This document shows, piece by piece, positions 35,101 through 47,816 of a stretch of 53,425 nt of DNA. The first letter of the stretch is position 1; every line of letters begins with the position of its first letter. This DNA is from Rhizaria sp. SCN 62-66. Taxonomy: Eukaryota. The position numbers and the translations under genes were made by a program. The notes under the pieces are model-generated. The model did not search any database and was not told where the DNA came from. It saw only the letters and a program-made list of their open reading frames with translations. The stretch is taken from positions 1 to 53,425 of the forward strand of contig MEDY01000280.1 in NCBI GenBank assembly GCA_001724265.1, in the 5' to 3' direction.

Positions 35101-38100
35101 TAGCAATGCTGTCCGCTGCACTGCACGCTGGCCCTACTGCGCACACGAGCGCAGTGTACTTTTCGCTTCTTTCTGCTGCTCGCTCCGATGCGGCGAAGCC
35201 GTCGAAGCAAGGCAAGTCCCCGTGCGCCGCTCCTGATCAACGTCGCAGCGTCGCTGTCGAGCGTGCACCGCTGGTTGCTCCTGTCATTGTAGGCGCACAC
35301 CGGCTGGTGCTCACGGTCACCGCGACGGGCCAGCTCAACGTGCACTGTCAGAGCACTCGCACAGGCGCATTCACCACAGTTGCCACCGCTGCCGCTGCGG
35401 CCTTGGGTGCGCCTGCGACTGCTTTAACAGCTACTGTCGCACACCAATGCGCGCGCGCCGCATGGGCTCTGGTCGGTGGCGCGGACAGTACTGTCTCGCT
35501 CTGGCACATCGTCATCGGATCTGACACGGACGTGAAGTCGCCCACCGTTGCCCTCAACCGCCGCGGGATCTGGCACCCGCACTCGGCCGCGGCGGGCCCC
35601 GTGGTTGCGTTGAGCGTGGACGCCGCTTCCGGTCTGATGGCCTCGCTCGCGACGCACCACTGCCCCGCGAGCACAGCTGTGATGTCCACAGGCGGCGAAG
35701 TCGTCGTGCTGACTGCCGCGCTGCCGGCCTTCGCGGCGTCGGCGGCTGCTGCTGCAGCGACCCAAGTCGCCGCCACGGTTGCTGCGCGCGTGCACCTGCC
35801 GAATGACACCGCGCCCGAGGCACTCGTCATCGTGCCGGGGCCTGTGCCAACGGTTGCCGTCGCCGCTCGTGCGCTGCTTGTCCCGCGTGTTTTGACCGAC
35901 GACCGTGAGCGCCTCGCCATGCACACGCTGCTGACCGCCGCTCCGCAGCGCGCGGACGCTGCGCACGACGCCGCGGCCGCCAACGCAGGCGTGCCTGCTG
36001 GCGTCGCGGTGCCGCTCATCGCGAGCCTGCCGCCCGTGTTCAACACCGCACCTGCGCACCGCAGCGAGACGACGCAGCGCTGGGGCTCGGACGTGTTGAT
36101 GCTCTTCTCGGTGCTCGACGGCACCGGCCGCCTGCTGCGCCGGGTCCAGTGTCGCGACAGGCTCACTGTGCTCACCGTGACTCCCGCTGCTGCACATGAG
36201 ACGTTTACTGCGGCTGCTTCGCCTGCCTCAGCCACGCCGAGCAACGCACTCGTGCCCAGCGGGTCCTCTTTCGCGTCGTCCGCTGCTGCCGCCGCCGCTG
36301 CTGCTGCGGCTGAGGCTGATACCGCGGCCGCTGTGACGGCTGCGCAGACTGAGCTCGCCGCCGCGACGGGTACTTCGTCCGTGGCGCTCAACCCGGCCGC
36401 GTTCCACGTCGTCACCGGCGGCCTCAGTGGTCGCGTGACGGTTTATGACGCGAGTCTGACGCCACTCACAACGTCTGCCAGCACAGGTTCAGGCGCTGCT
36501 GCCGCGCTTGCTCTTGCCGTTACCAGTCCTGCCCCGGACACGTCCGTGCTCGCCGCCCCGCAGCGCGCCGTGCTGAACCGCCTTGCGCGCACCCTCTCCC
36601 GCGGGCTGCATCTCGACGAGCCCCTGTGGGCGCTGGCACACACCGCAACTGGCGACGGCGCGAGCGCGCGCATTGCTAGGGGCGATGACGCGACTGGACA
36701 AAACAACGCCGACGATGATGATGACTATACTGACGCGCCCGTGACCGCTGGTATCAACCGCGGCGCTGTCTCGACTTCGGCCGGCCCGCGTGGCGTTGTT
36801 GCCCTCACTGTGCAGCAGCCACCAAAGATCAGTACTTCCGTGGCAGCTGCTCCGGGTGCGCTGCCCGTGCGGATTGCGCAGTCTGCTGCCGCCGCAGTGT
36901 GCGCTGCGGGGGCTGCGACAGCGACTGGTGCGAACGCGGCTGCTGCCAGCGGCGGCGCGAACGCTCGCACTGCGCTGCTGCCGACCCCAGCCGAGGTTGC
37001 GGCTGGCTTCGCTGCTGTGGGCGCGACGGTGGTTTCGCAAACCGTGGCATACCCTGCCTGTGGGGCTGCCGCGACTGTCTCTGCGGCTAACGCTGCGGCG
37101 ACCGCTGCGGCTGCCGCAGTGTCCGCGATCGACACCAGCCACGGCATTCCACTCAAGACCGCCGAGTCTGCGCGCTCCGAGGCCGCTGATGTGTGCCACA
37201 TTCCCTTCTCGTTGTTGCTTTCCCCTGAGCAGCAGCAGGCGCTGCCTGTGATGCCGCTCACGCGTGCCACGCGCTCGCCATCTATGGGATCCCCCACTGC
37301 CGGTGGCCTCGGTGCGACTGCAAGTGGAGGGTCGCCGCCGCGTCTGTCTGGCGCGAGTCCGCGCTCCGGGCCCAGCACCACCGCTGCGCTGACTGAAGAG
37401 GCTCTGCTGGTGCTTGCGCCGCTGGCCGTGGCGACTACCGCGCCCGCGTCTGCTGTCGCGTCGTCTGGACCCGCTCTGCTGTCGATTCCGTCGTCGTCAT
37501 TCTCGTCATCCGTGTCTGCTGCAGCGCTGCCGAGCCCCGGCGGCGCGTATCGCCAGTGGGCGACGTCGTCATCGCCCATCCCGCCTGCGTTTGCCTCTGC
37601 GTCGCCGCATGCGCATACGTCGGCATCCGGCTTTGCCAACGCACGCGGCAGCCCCGCAGGCTCGGTCACGGGCCCTAGTGCCGGTCCAGCGGGCGCTCGT
37701 TCGTCTGTGACGACCAGCGCTGGTGGCTATCTGCGCCGCGCGCTTGGCATTCTCACTTCAGCTGCGAACGCGATGCCTGGCACTGTTGCAGTCAACGGGC
37801 TCTCAGCTGCTGAGGCCGCTGCGGCTGCCGATGCCGCGACGACCGCTGCCGCTCTCGCACTGGCGTCTGCGTCTGGCGCCCCCACGCTGCGCTCGCGTGT
37901 GACAGTTGGTGCACTCGCCACTGCCGCGACGGTCCCTCTTGGTATTTCGGCCTTCACTGCGCACGCGCGTCCCGACACGTTTGCAAACGAGGCGGCGACT
38001 GCGCTTGCCACCGCTGTTTCACTGGCGCAGCTGTCCCCCTCGACACTCGCTGCCTCACGCGGCTCGCGTGGTGGCAGCGTCGGTGGCTTCTCGTTCTCAC

Positions 38101-40691
38101 ACTCTGGCTCTTTAGGTTCATTCCTGTCACCCCACGGCGGGCTCACGCTGGCCGCATCAGGCCCTGGCTCTCCTCAGGGGGCGCCAGCAGGCACCGCTCG
38201 GCTGTCCTTGCTGTCGCCCACGTCGCCCTTCGCTGGGACGCAGCGTCTTTCTCAATCGCCTCCCCTTGCTCGCGCGGGTATCGCAGGCTCTCCACCGCTG
38301 CAGCAGTCTGCGCTGCCCGCAGCAGCCGCCGACAGCTCTCCCAGTGTTGACAGCAGCGCCGACTCTGCTGCGCTCGCCGCGTCCACGCAACCGCCGTCGT
38401 CCGCCGCGCTTGCCGCGTCGCAGGCGCTCACCGCGCTGCTGGCCGAGGCCGCTGAGCAGAACGGCGCGCCGCGCCTCGGCTCTGCTGCGGGCGCGACCGC
38501 GCTTGGCCGGCTGCTGCGCAAGCTTGCCACGGGCTCCGGCGCGGATGCCGTCACTGCCATGTCGGCCGCTGGCGCCGCCGCTGGTTGGCAGCGCCACTCG
38601 CGCAGCAGCTTCGCGGCTGCCGTTGCACCCGGTGGCCTCGGCTCGATCGCACTCTCTGCCGCTGCGGCTGCGGGCGGCGTGCTTACTGTCACCCCCGCCG
38701 TCACCGCGCTCGCTCTGACGGTCGGTCCCCGCGACGCGCAGCCGCTCGCACCCACCGTGACGCCGCAGTGCGCCGACGCCGCCGCCCCGGTCCACACGCC
38801 GGAGCGACTGCTGTCTCTCGCTGCAGTGGTTGCGGAGCCCTGGGTTCCTGCGACCGTCGTCGCTCGCGTCGCGCGCAGGCACGCCGCCGCCGCTGCGGTC
38901 CTAAGCGCCGCCGCAGTCGCCATGGGCGCCAGCGCGAGCAGCAGCACTGACGTCAGTCGCGCTGCGGCGACGCGTGTGTACCTCGCGGCGCCCAGCTCGG
39001 CCCCCGTCGGTGCGATGACCGCTGTCGATCCGCTTGCGGTCGCTGCCGTGCACGGTCTGCTGGCGACCAGCGCGGCTGCCGGTAGCGTCTCGTTCGCGGC
39101 TGTCGGTCCCGAGGCTGTGGCCTCCGCTGGTGCCCCAGTGGCGGCCGACGCGGCCGTGCTTACAGTTGAGGCGCAGTCTGCGCCCGCAGCGCGCCGCCGC
39201 GACGCACTACTGCAGCTGCGCACCGCTGTTGCCGTGGCGGCGCGTGAGCAGGCGGTCGCGGTTTCCGCCGCGCTCAGTGCTGCTGTTGAGAGCGCGTTTG
39301 AGGAGGCCCGCGCCGCCGCCGCTCTCGCCGCCGAGGCTGAGGTGCACAAGGCGGCGGTGGCCGCTGCGATCGCTGAAGAGAACGCGCACGCCATTGCGGA
39401 AGCTGAGGTCGACACAATCACAGGTACCAAGTCGCCTGCTGATGCGCTGACCGCTTTCCTCGAAAGCTCCGATCCAGCAGTCACTGCACCCATCCCCATC
39501 GGGAGCAGCAACAAGACTGCCGTTGTTGCCTCTCCGACAACGCCTGCGCCCAAGGCGAGCCCCGTTGCCGACACCGGCAGGGAGCTCTTTATGCCTGTGG
39601 TCTCCGTGTCTACGGTGACTGTGCCCGACGTTCCTGTGACACCGCTGCCGACTCTCGAGACTCCTGGCTCGCTTGGTGACAGCGTTGCGACCCGGGCGCT
39701 CTCAGGTCGCCAGCAACGTGCGTTATTGGGCCAATTTATGTCGAGTGTCGTGGCCGCTACAGACGTGCTTACCGCTGCAGAGGAGGAAGGCTCTGCTGAT
39801 CTCTCTGCGTTTGTGCGCGCCGACGACGGTCCTGCACACGAGCGCGGCAGCGCCAGGTTGGTGCTGCTCGCGCTTTCTGTGCCTACTAGTGTACACAAAG
39901 CCGCACAGGTCGCCGCTGACGGTGACGACACCATCGATGACAGTGACGATGACGGTGAAGAGGGCGCCGCTGCCGAGTCGGAGTCTGCTCGCGAGAGTAT
40001 AAGTCTGGCGGAGCTGTTGCTGCCGCGCGGCGAGCGCCGCCTTGCGTGCGCCAGGCTCGGATTCTCGTCCGTGTTATCAGGCGCCCGGGCCTACGCCTCC
40101 GCTGTGCGTGCGGCCGAGCGCCGCGCGCACGAGGGCGCTGAAGAGCATGAGGTGCGCGCGCGCGTGCGCACTCGCACCCTCCGCGAGCTCGAGATTGCCG
40201 AGCTTGGCATCGCGGGCGATGAGGCCGCCGCCGTCGCTGCAGCGGAGGAGGACGAGCACCTCGGCCTTGCCGCGCGCGCGAGGGCTGCCCATGCGGCGAC
40301 GCTCGCGGCGCGCGGCGGCGTCACGCTCGCAGAAGGTGGGTTCAGTGCAGGTATTAGTCTTGCAACCCCGCCTGTTGCGGCCGAGCTTGCCAGGGTTGCT
40401 GCGGCCGCGCAAGCGGCTGTGGCGGCTGCAGCTGCTGCTGAAGCTGCGGCCGCGGCACAGGCTGCTGCCGAGGCCGAGGCTGCTGCTGTTGCCGCTGCGA
40501 CCGCCGCCGCCGCTGCGGAGGCTGATGCAGCGCGCCGGGCGGCTGGCAAGGGCTCATCGAGCAGCGGATGGCCCGGCTCTCCCGGCCAGAGCGACAACGA
40601 CGCTGCCGGATCCGCCGTAGGTGGCGAGGGCGACGGCAAGAAAACGGTCAAGGCACGTCTCTCGTCGGTCATTAACTGGTTCAAGAAGTAA
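14118..40691 (+). CDS. Giant BEACH-domain protein (ConA/LamG-like, PH, BEACH, WD40-like), about 8857 aa if the internal TAG at 30234-30236 is read through
   Basis: ORFs 14118..30236 and 30279..40691 share a frame and are separated by one TAG. ConA-like YSFACWVRL...GRWCHVVLSH...LTVDG (~16626-17140). PH-BEACH VLVTPL..KGVLSI...LPLSDLR...[104 protein letters not shown]..PHP. Final stop TAA. The start codon is uncertain. Confidence 0.88.
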
Positions 40692-41001
40692 GCTTCGAAA
40701 TCATTACTTCTTTATCACAATTGGACGGAAGCACGATTTCCTTTCAAAAAGCGTGTTTCTTTCCTCCGATACTTGTAGGAACATTGCTAAGTTTATAGAA
40801 CCTCATATATATTCATATTATCTGCTCAATGATTAATCAAAGGAAAGTCAATACATTTACGATTTACCGTCAAGATCTCTTAGCTGACTCACGTGTATTC
40901 TTAATCAAACTTAGTGGGAAAACTCCACATCATGACAATATCCAGCGCTGATGTGACTTAATATCACCGCCGCATTACTTCCACAAATCTAGTTGTTTTG
41001 T

Positions 41002-41557
41002 TTACTTTGCGAAGAGGTACATGGAGCGGAAGCAGTAGAGCGTGCCAGCCATGACGCCGTGCTGAAGCACGTTGAACAGGATGTCGACAAAGAAGAGCGC
41101 GGGATCGGCGCCGGTAAAGAGGTAGTTGTGCGCGATTGCTGTGCCGGCGATGCCGCCGCCTGTGACGAGTCCACGCGTGATGGCGCCCGCGAACGAGGCC
41201 GGGATGCCGATGAGCTTGGCCAGCACGAGAGCGGAGATGAAGTTGATCATGAAGGCCTTGATCATGAGCTCGAAGGACGGACCCTTGCTAGCGGGGCGCT
41301 GCGAGTATTTAGTCCACAAGGGCAGGAACATGAAGCGGCTGTAGAACAGCGCTATGGGGCGGCAATGGGCAAGAACAAGATAGGATGTGAGACGGGGCGG
41401 GAGTGGGATGAGGTAAGAGATCCGACTCGATACAACTTGATCATGAAGAGGCACTGCATCAATGACATACAAAAGACGTACCACCAAACAGGACGCCGGC
41501 TACAGCCGAAAAGCAAATACCGGAGAACTCGGTTAACATGCTCGGAGAACCAAACAT
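41002..41557 (-). CDS. DUF1761-like small multi-pass membrane protein (141 aa)
   Basis: Exon 1 41557-41482, intron 41481-41352 (GTACGT...CCATAG), exon 2 41351-41002. Splicing gives SAVAGVLFGALFYSRFMFLPLWTKY, resembling the DUF1761 G-ALWYSP..F...W motif, plus further hydrophobic helices and HNYLF...LFFVDILF. Stop TAA. Confidence 0.75.
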
Positions 41558-44492
41558 TGTTGCTGCACGAAGGCGCGAAGTGACAAGCAAGCATAGACGC
41601 AAGGATGAGAGTCAATCTCCAAGATATCATGGTGCGTCAGCAAACGATTATTATTTTCCAGTGGCTTGCCTTATAGATAATAAAGATATACTTAGAGATT
41701 ACTTGAAGTGAAGATATATCTGCCGTATTATTCTCTTCTATGACTCTGTCAGTCTCGCCCTGAATCATCTGACTGTTCGTGCGAGCAACTTGAAAAAAAC
41801 TGGTGAGCAGCAGTACGAACAACAACTGATTGAAACATACATGCGCTTATATCTAGCTCTCGAATAAGTCGCGTACCGTGCTCACCAGAAACCTATGATA
41901 GAAAACGTACTTGTTCTCCTGTGCACATTCAAGCGAAAATGAATGCATTACAATCACGCCGTTGCTTGGAGCCAGCGTGGATGTGGCGCGCATTTTTATT
42001 CCATAACGCTTCTATCGTTCTTTTTTGTGATACATCGATTTTTAAGCTGATTCTGTTGTGCTAGCAGCTTCTGTGTGATCACGGGGAGCGTCATGTCGTG
42101 AGAGGCATCAACCACTGGCTATACAAAGCCATGGAACTGCTTGTAAAAGCCCCACAAGCGCAATATACGTCAAGATGTGAAATTGATTGGTTACAGTATA
42201 TAATAATCAGAAGCGAACTCTCATCCTGATAGCAGTGACGTGTACATCAGCAGTCATGGTCGTCCCTTTGGGATTTCCAAGACGCAGCAAAAGTTATGAA
42301 ACAGGGAATATAACCCTCAATAAAAGGCCTGAGTGCGTATCATTTAAATAAAAATAATCAATTGCATATAATAAAAATGAAGATATGCAAATACATATTT
42401 TACAGTATAATCAACAATCGGAAACCAATGCTTGATTAATATTCTACTTTCGTTCGTGAGTGCTTGGGTAGTCAAAATTTTGCTGGATCCAAGTGACCGT
42501 GGTCAGGTCGAGTACTTACCTACCTAAGACTGATCCGTGATCAAGAAGGCGGATGTCTCTGACTGCTATTCGTGCTTACACGCCTCGCGAGTGGTTGTTC
42601 GGAAAGCTTCGGCTTGGGTCCAATAGTTGGCAAAGGGGACCTTGCATTCGTGCGGGACCCCGTTTTTTTAATCAAACAATCAAAGCAAGAAACGAACGAC
42701 GATCGTATTGATTCATGAACAAACGCGACACAGTCTACATCCATATTATGCTTAATAAACGCAAATCTGTATTGTGAAAACCCCACACAAGCTCCTCAGT
42801 CACTAACGATGCTCAAAGCGACTGTAACGGAGATAAAACGACATCAATAGGATGCTTAAGACCAGTACCAAACCAAGAATATCGACATCGCAGATATTGG
42901 ATCCCCATGCGCGACACTCTGGCGCTGCAGCAAGTCAGGGCCAGCTATCACGCGTAATTACTCCGCAACTGGAGCTGTCGCTGAACTGCTCTGGCATGGA
43001 TATGTTCAGTGTTGTTATTGCTGCGCACGGCGCTTCGCGAGCTCTTGCTGCCCAAGCAGCAGGTGCTTCGCGAAAATGGCAATCTTTTGTCGGTGTGGAG
43101 ATTGCACTTGCCGGCGCGGGCGTGCGCGGGCGTCGCAGAGCCGCTTCGGGGTCCCGTACGCCGCGGCGCAAGTGGTGGTACGTCTGAAGATCATGTGGGA
43201 AGATCACGGAGTTCTTCGTCGTGTAAAATAAGTTTGTTGATAATATTATTATACTTTCGCAATAAATGGGGCAATATACTTTAAAATGGATATGGGGCAG
43301 CTGCCAACAAAAGACATGACGTTATCGGTGTAAATTGATGCTTTAATATCGTGTCTGGAAGGAGAGTGATGTCCGACGTTGTCAACGCAAAGGAAAACAA
43401 AAGTATGCAATGTACACACATACATATACAATGTAATTAACTGTTGAACTAGGAAAAAAGTTGCTGAAATTTGAAATTGAAGTACGCAAATCGATTTCAA
43501 CGATAAATACTATGATCTCATGCGGAACAAACAACAAGACTTTTCTTGGCGTGGACTGACCCCGACTGTGACGAAATGCATCATAGCTCAGTACTCATCA
43601 TATGCGTCTTTATATACATAACAAACATGCGATATCATTCGTGTGTGGTACCAACAATACAGACTATGTGTGCTTTTAAGTGTGTGAATGTTATCGGGGC
43701 CACCATTCTACCTTCAAATGCCCGTGCTAAATTAAATGCAGCTCGCATGAAACTATTCCAAGTGAAAGCTTACACATAAAATATCACACGAAACGATCAA
43801 AAACAGGATTTTTATTTTAGAAATATACATATTTATTGGAGAATACAATTTAATTTGCAAACACTCGTTGCTTTCTTTCTGTACTGTCAAAGTTGATGTT
43901 TTTTCGCATCTCTTCCAGTTCTGTGAAGACATGTCGAGGTGTTACACACCATGGAAATCATGCAGAGGAGCAAGAAAAGCACTTCTGCCACTATCAAGCT
44001 AGACCATATAAGACGGTGCGTTATAATAGGCTGTGTTGCATACTGATACATAGCGATCAATTTGCGATGCACCATTATCAACAACCTTAACTTAAAGCAT
44101 TGCTTTATAGCCCTAGGTTTGCAACAGTTTGGACAACTGCTTACGTTTACAAGGACTTGGTTAACATTTTAACGACATGCTTAAGTAATAGACGCCAGGC
44201 GTGATTTGGGCGAAAACAACAAATGCGATCTTGCTCACGGTCACATTAGTGAATTTGAGCACACTTGTTGCTGTGCAAATGGGCACTCGAGACAGCGACA
44301 ATGTGAAGAGTTAAAACACACTGGTTATGGAAATGTAGCGCGTCGAAATGTAACTTGTCAATTTAATTGTACGGGTAATATTTCGAACATTTAAGAAAAC
44401 AGTAGATATAGTTCCTTTACCCCGCCATATCTACCGATTCTTTCCTCTTCACCCAATTGCAACTTGAACAGAGCTCGCGCTTGAAAACAATC

Positions 44493-47400
44493 ATGCTGAA
44501 GCTCTCTTCTCCCCTCCTGTTTCGCGCGGGGAGACTACTCCGCGCCACTATCTGTCTGGCGCTTGCGTCCTGTGTTGCGCTTGCGTTTGCGCAAGGCCCT
44601 CTCAGCGTGTCATCATCCAACACTGTCTTTGACAACACTGTCGCAATGCGTGATGAAATCAACACCGACATCATCCCGGCTCTTCAACACCCTAACCTTA
44701 TTAGTACGTCAGATATTCGTCAAATTTCAAGTTGGTTATAGTGGTTTATGACGTTTTATATAATTTCTAACTTTATCGCATGTTTTATTCTTACGATATC
44801 GTTCTTATCACAGGCGTGATGACCCGGCTCAACAACGCGAATCTGCCCACGACTCTGCTCGCCCCCGTCAAGTCTGCAGCTGGCACTGCCGTTACGCTTG
44901 ACAACATTGATGACGTTGCCAAGGCCATTAAGTACCACGTAATTCCGGCGCGTGTTGTGATCAGCGAGCTGCCGCTTGAACCAGCCTTCACCACTTTCCC
45001 CACGATGCTGACTGGCAGTGATATCCAGCTCTCCCGCAGGCCCAACGGCTCCGTGCTCTACCGTTCGTTCTACGGGGCCACAGCCACTCTTGTGTTACCC
45101 GAGGTTGCATCTTCTAACGGCGCGCTGCACATTATCAGCTCCCAGTTCTCTGTGCCCACCGGAATGGTGCAGCAGCAGACTGGCGACATCAGCATCTCGC
45201 CGTCAGCTGTCCTTAATAACAACCCCGCGGCCAGTGTCATCCTGCCGACCGCAACTACCGCGGTTCCTACGGGTCCCACTGTTGGTAGCGCCTCTGTTCC
45301 TGCTGTGCCAACAGTCAGCGTGCCCGCTACTACGATTCCTGCTGTTGCGAGCAACGACCCAGTCCTGACCGCCGCCAACGCCAACAATGTTGCGGTTAGC
45401 AACAACATTGCTGCGAACCACAACCTGGCGCTCAACAACGCTGCGGTCGCTACCAACAACAACGCCGCTGCAATTAGTGCCGCCACCGGTGTGCCCTTGG
45501 TCAACACTCCTGTGATCGCTACGCCCGCCCTCACCGCGCCTGTCACGCTGCCCGCGGTGTCTGTTCCCACAGTGTCCGTGCCTACCGTAAGTGTCCCTAT
45601 TGTAACTGCGCCCGCCGTCACCGTGCCCGTCGCCACCGTCGTTCCCGCTGCTTCCGACGCAAACCTGTTCCTCACACTTATGCGGGGTGGCGACAGCGGC
45701 GTGCCGATGAACACGATGCAGTTCCCGGTGCTGCCGGTGGCGCCCCTCGCGCCCGTCGCCGCGTCGCCGCTGCTGGGCAACTCGCTCACATCGCTCTTCA
45801 CGCCGACCACGACAACCGCGACAACGCTGCCGGGCCTCACCACTCCTCTCACAACCGCCACGACGACTGCGACGACGGCCACGGGCACGAGTCCGATTGC
45901 AGGCATTGCGAGTTCGATCGCGACGCCGATCTTTGAGATCGCCAGCGGCATTTTCGATGGCTTTGGCAACGCGCAAAATGCTGTTGGTGGCGCAGCCGCT
46001 GTGCCGGCCACTGCCGCTACCACCGCAGCAGGCGCTGCTTCGACTGCGGCAACGACCGCGGCAACGACCGCCGCGACTGTTCCGACTACGGCCGCCGCTA
46101 CTGCTGCCGCCGTGCCGACCACCGCTACTGCTGCTCTTACCCCGTTGACCAACGCTGCGGCAACTGTGCTCCCCACAACCACCGCGGCGACAACTGCGGC
46201 TACGGCTGTGCCAACCGCCGTCACGACCGCTGCGACGACCGCCGCCACTCCTGCAGCTACTGCTGCGGCGCAGGCCGCCGCCGCTGCCGCGGCCCTGGGC
46301 CTGCCCGCGCTGCCCGCGCTGACCGTCACGCCGTTTGCTTTTACGGATGCGCTGATTAACGCTGCATTCCCCGCTGACCGCGGCCACGCCGTTGCCACGA
46401 TGGAGTCCGTCGCCAGCGCGCTGCCCGTCGCCGTCCCCGTCGTGACGTCTTCCGCACTCGCGACCTCGGTTCCGCTGACTGCGACCCAGGCCAACATCGA
46501 CGGCATCACGCCCACGCCCGGCAGCGTCATCATCGGCGACGTCACGCCCGTGTCGCACCTTGCCGCCAGCGCCTCGTTCTCGACCACGGGCAACCCCGCC
46601 GAGCCTGCGGTCGCCACAGCCGCCTTCATTGACCCCGTCACCGGCCAGGCCGTCAATGTTCCGCAGCCGCCCTCTGCCCCCACTGCGCCCGCCACCCCCA
46701 CTGCCCCGACCGTGCCCACTGTGCCCACTGTGCCCACTGTGCCTACCGCACCCGCGGCTCCCACTGCGCCGGCCGCGCCATCGATCCCCGGCTTCAACGC
46801 ACCCGCCGCGCCCACGGTCCCCACTGCGCCTACCTTTACCGCTCCCGCTGTGCCGACCGCACCGTCATCGCCGTTCACGTTCACCACGGCTGCGCCCGCC
46901 GCAGACGCCGCCGCCGCTGCGCTGCCCGTCAACACCGCAATCCCCACACTCACCGGCGCGACTGTGTCTGGCCCGGCCGTTGGTCACGCCGCCGTTACTT
47001 TCCAGCTCCCCGCGCTCCCGCCGCTCGCCGCCGCCCCCACCGCGCTCGCCGGGCCCGCCCTCGCCGCCGCGCCCACCGCGCTTGCTGCGCCGACGGCCCT
47101 TGCGGCGCCCGCTCTCGGCGCCGCCGCCACGCTGCCCACGTTCGCGCTGGGCACCGCCGCGCCCACGCTCGGCGCCGCGGCGGCGCTGCCGACCGCAGCC
47201 CTGGGCGCCGCACCCGCGCTGACGGCCCCCGTGCTCGGTGCCGCGGCAACCGCGCCCGCCGCGCTGACCGCCACCGCTGCGACGGTCCCGGCGACATTGG
47301 CTGCGACGGCTGCGACCGCGCCCGCGACGCTGACGGCCACAGCGGCGACGCTACCCGCGACCCTGGCGACGACTGCGGCGTCTGTGCCCGCCACGCTCGG

Positions 47401-47512
47401 TGCCGCGGTGACGTCGACCACTGCGGGGCTCACCGGTGCTCTAAGCGCCCCGGCCGCCGCGCTCTCTGCGGGCCCTGCTGCTCTCGCCGCCGCGCTTCCT
47501 TTCCCGTTCTAA
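44493..47512 (+). CDS. Secreted fasciclin (FAS1) domain protein with long Ala/Thr/Pro-rich mucin-like tail (969 aa)
   Basis: Exon 1 44493-44703 (signal peptide ...ATICLALASCVALAFAQ), intron 44704-44813 (GTACGT...TCACAG), exon 2 44814-47512. FAS1 motifs TTLLAPVKSA (H1), IKYHVIP, EVASSNGALHIISS (H2). Stop TAA. Confidence 0.88.
46670..46870 (+). repeat. Coding 9-nt tandem repeats (PTA/PTV tripeptides) in the fasciclin tail
   Basis: Repeated CCCACTGTG/CCCACTGCG units giving PTAPATPTAPTVPTVPTVPTAP. Confidence 0.8.
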
Positions 47513-47816
47513 ACGCGTGACGCCGGCAGCACTGATAACGTAACAGAACTTGTACTACCCTTACATGTATGAATTGAAGCAAAGAGATTTGGTTTTATCA
47601 ATACAGGTTTTATTTTTTTTCTTGATACGGACAACAAAAAAAAACAACATATCGATCACAGTGTGATCAAAACAAGACCGCTGATGGAGGTAGATAGTTC
47701 AAAGCTAGATATGATGACGAGTTATGAGTAAGATTTTTAACCTAACAGTGCAAAGTTTCACAGAGCAGCCAACGCGCTCACAGTTGCTATTTGAGTCTTG
47801 CACATGCAGTATGCAC

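Noticed and set aside
14268-40684. Many 100-560 aa overlapping ORFs antisense or off-frame within the BEACH gene
   Set aside because: Expected shadows of GC-rich GCN-dominated coding sequence, with no domain motifs.
45070-46953. 627-aa minus-strand ORF
   Set aside because: Antisense mirror of the fasciclin A/T/P repeats.
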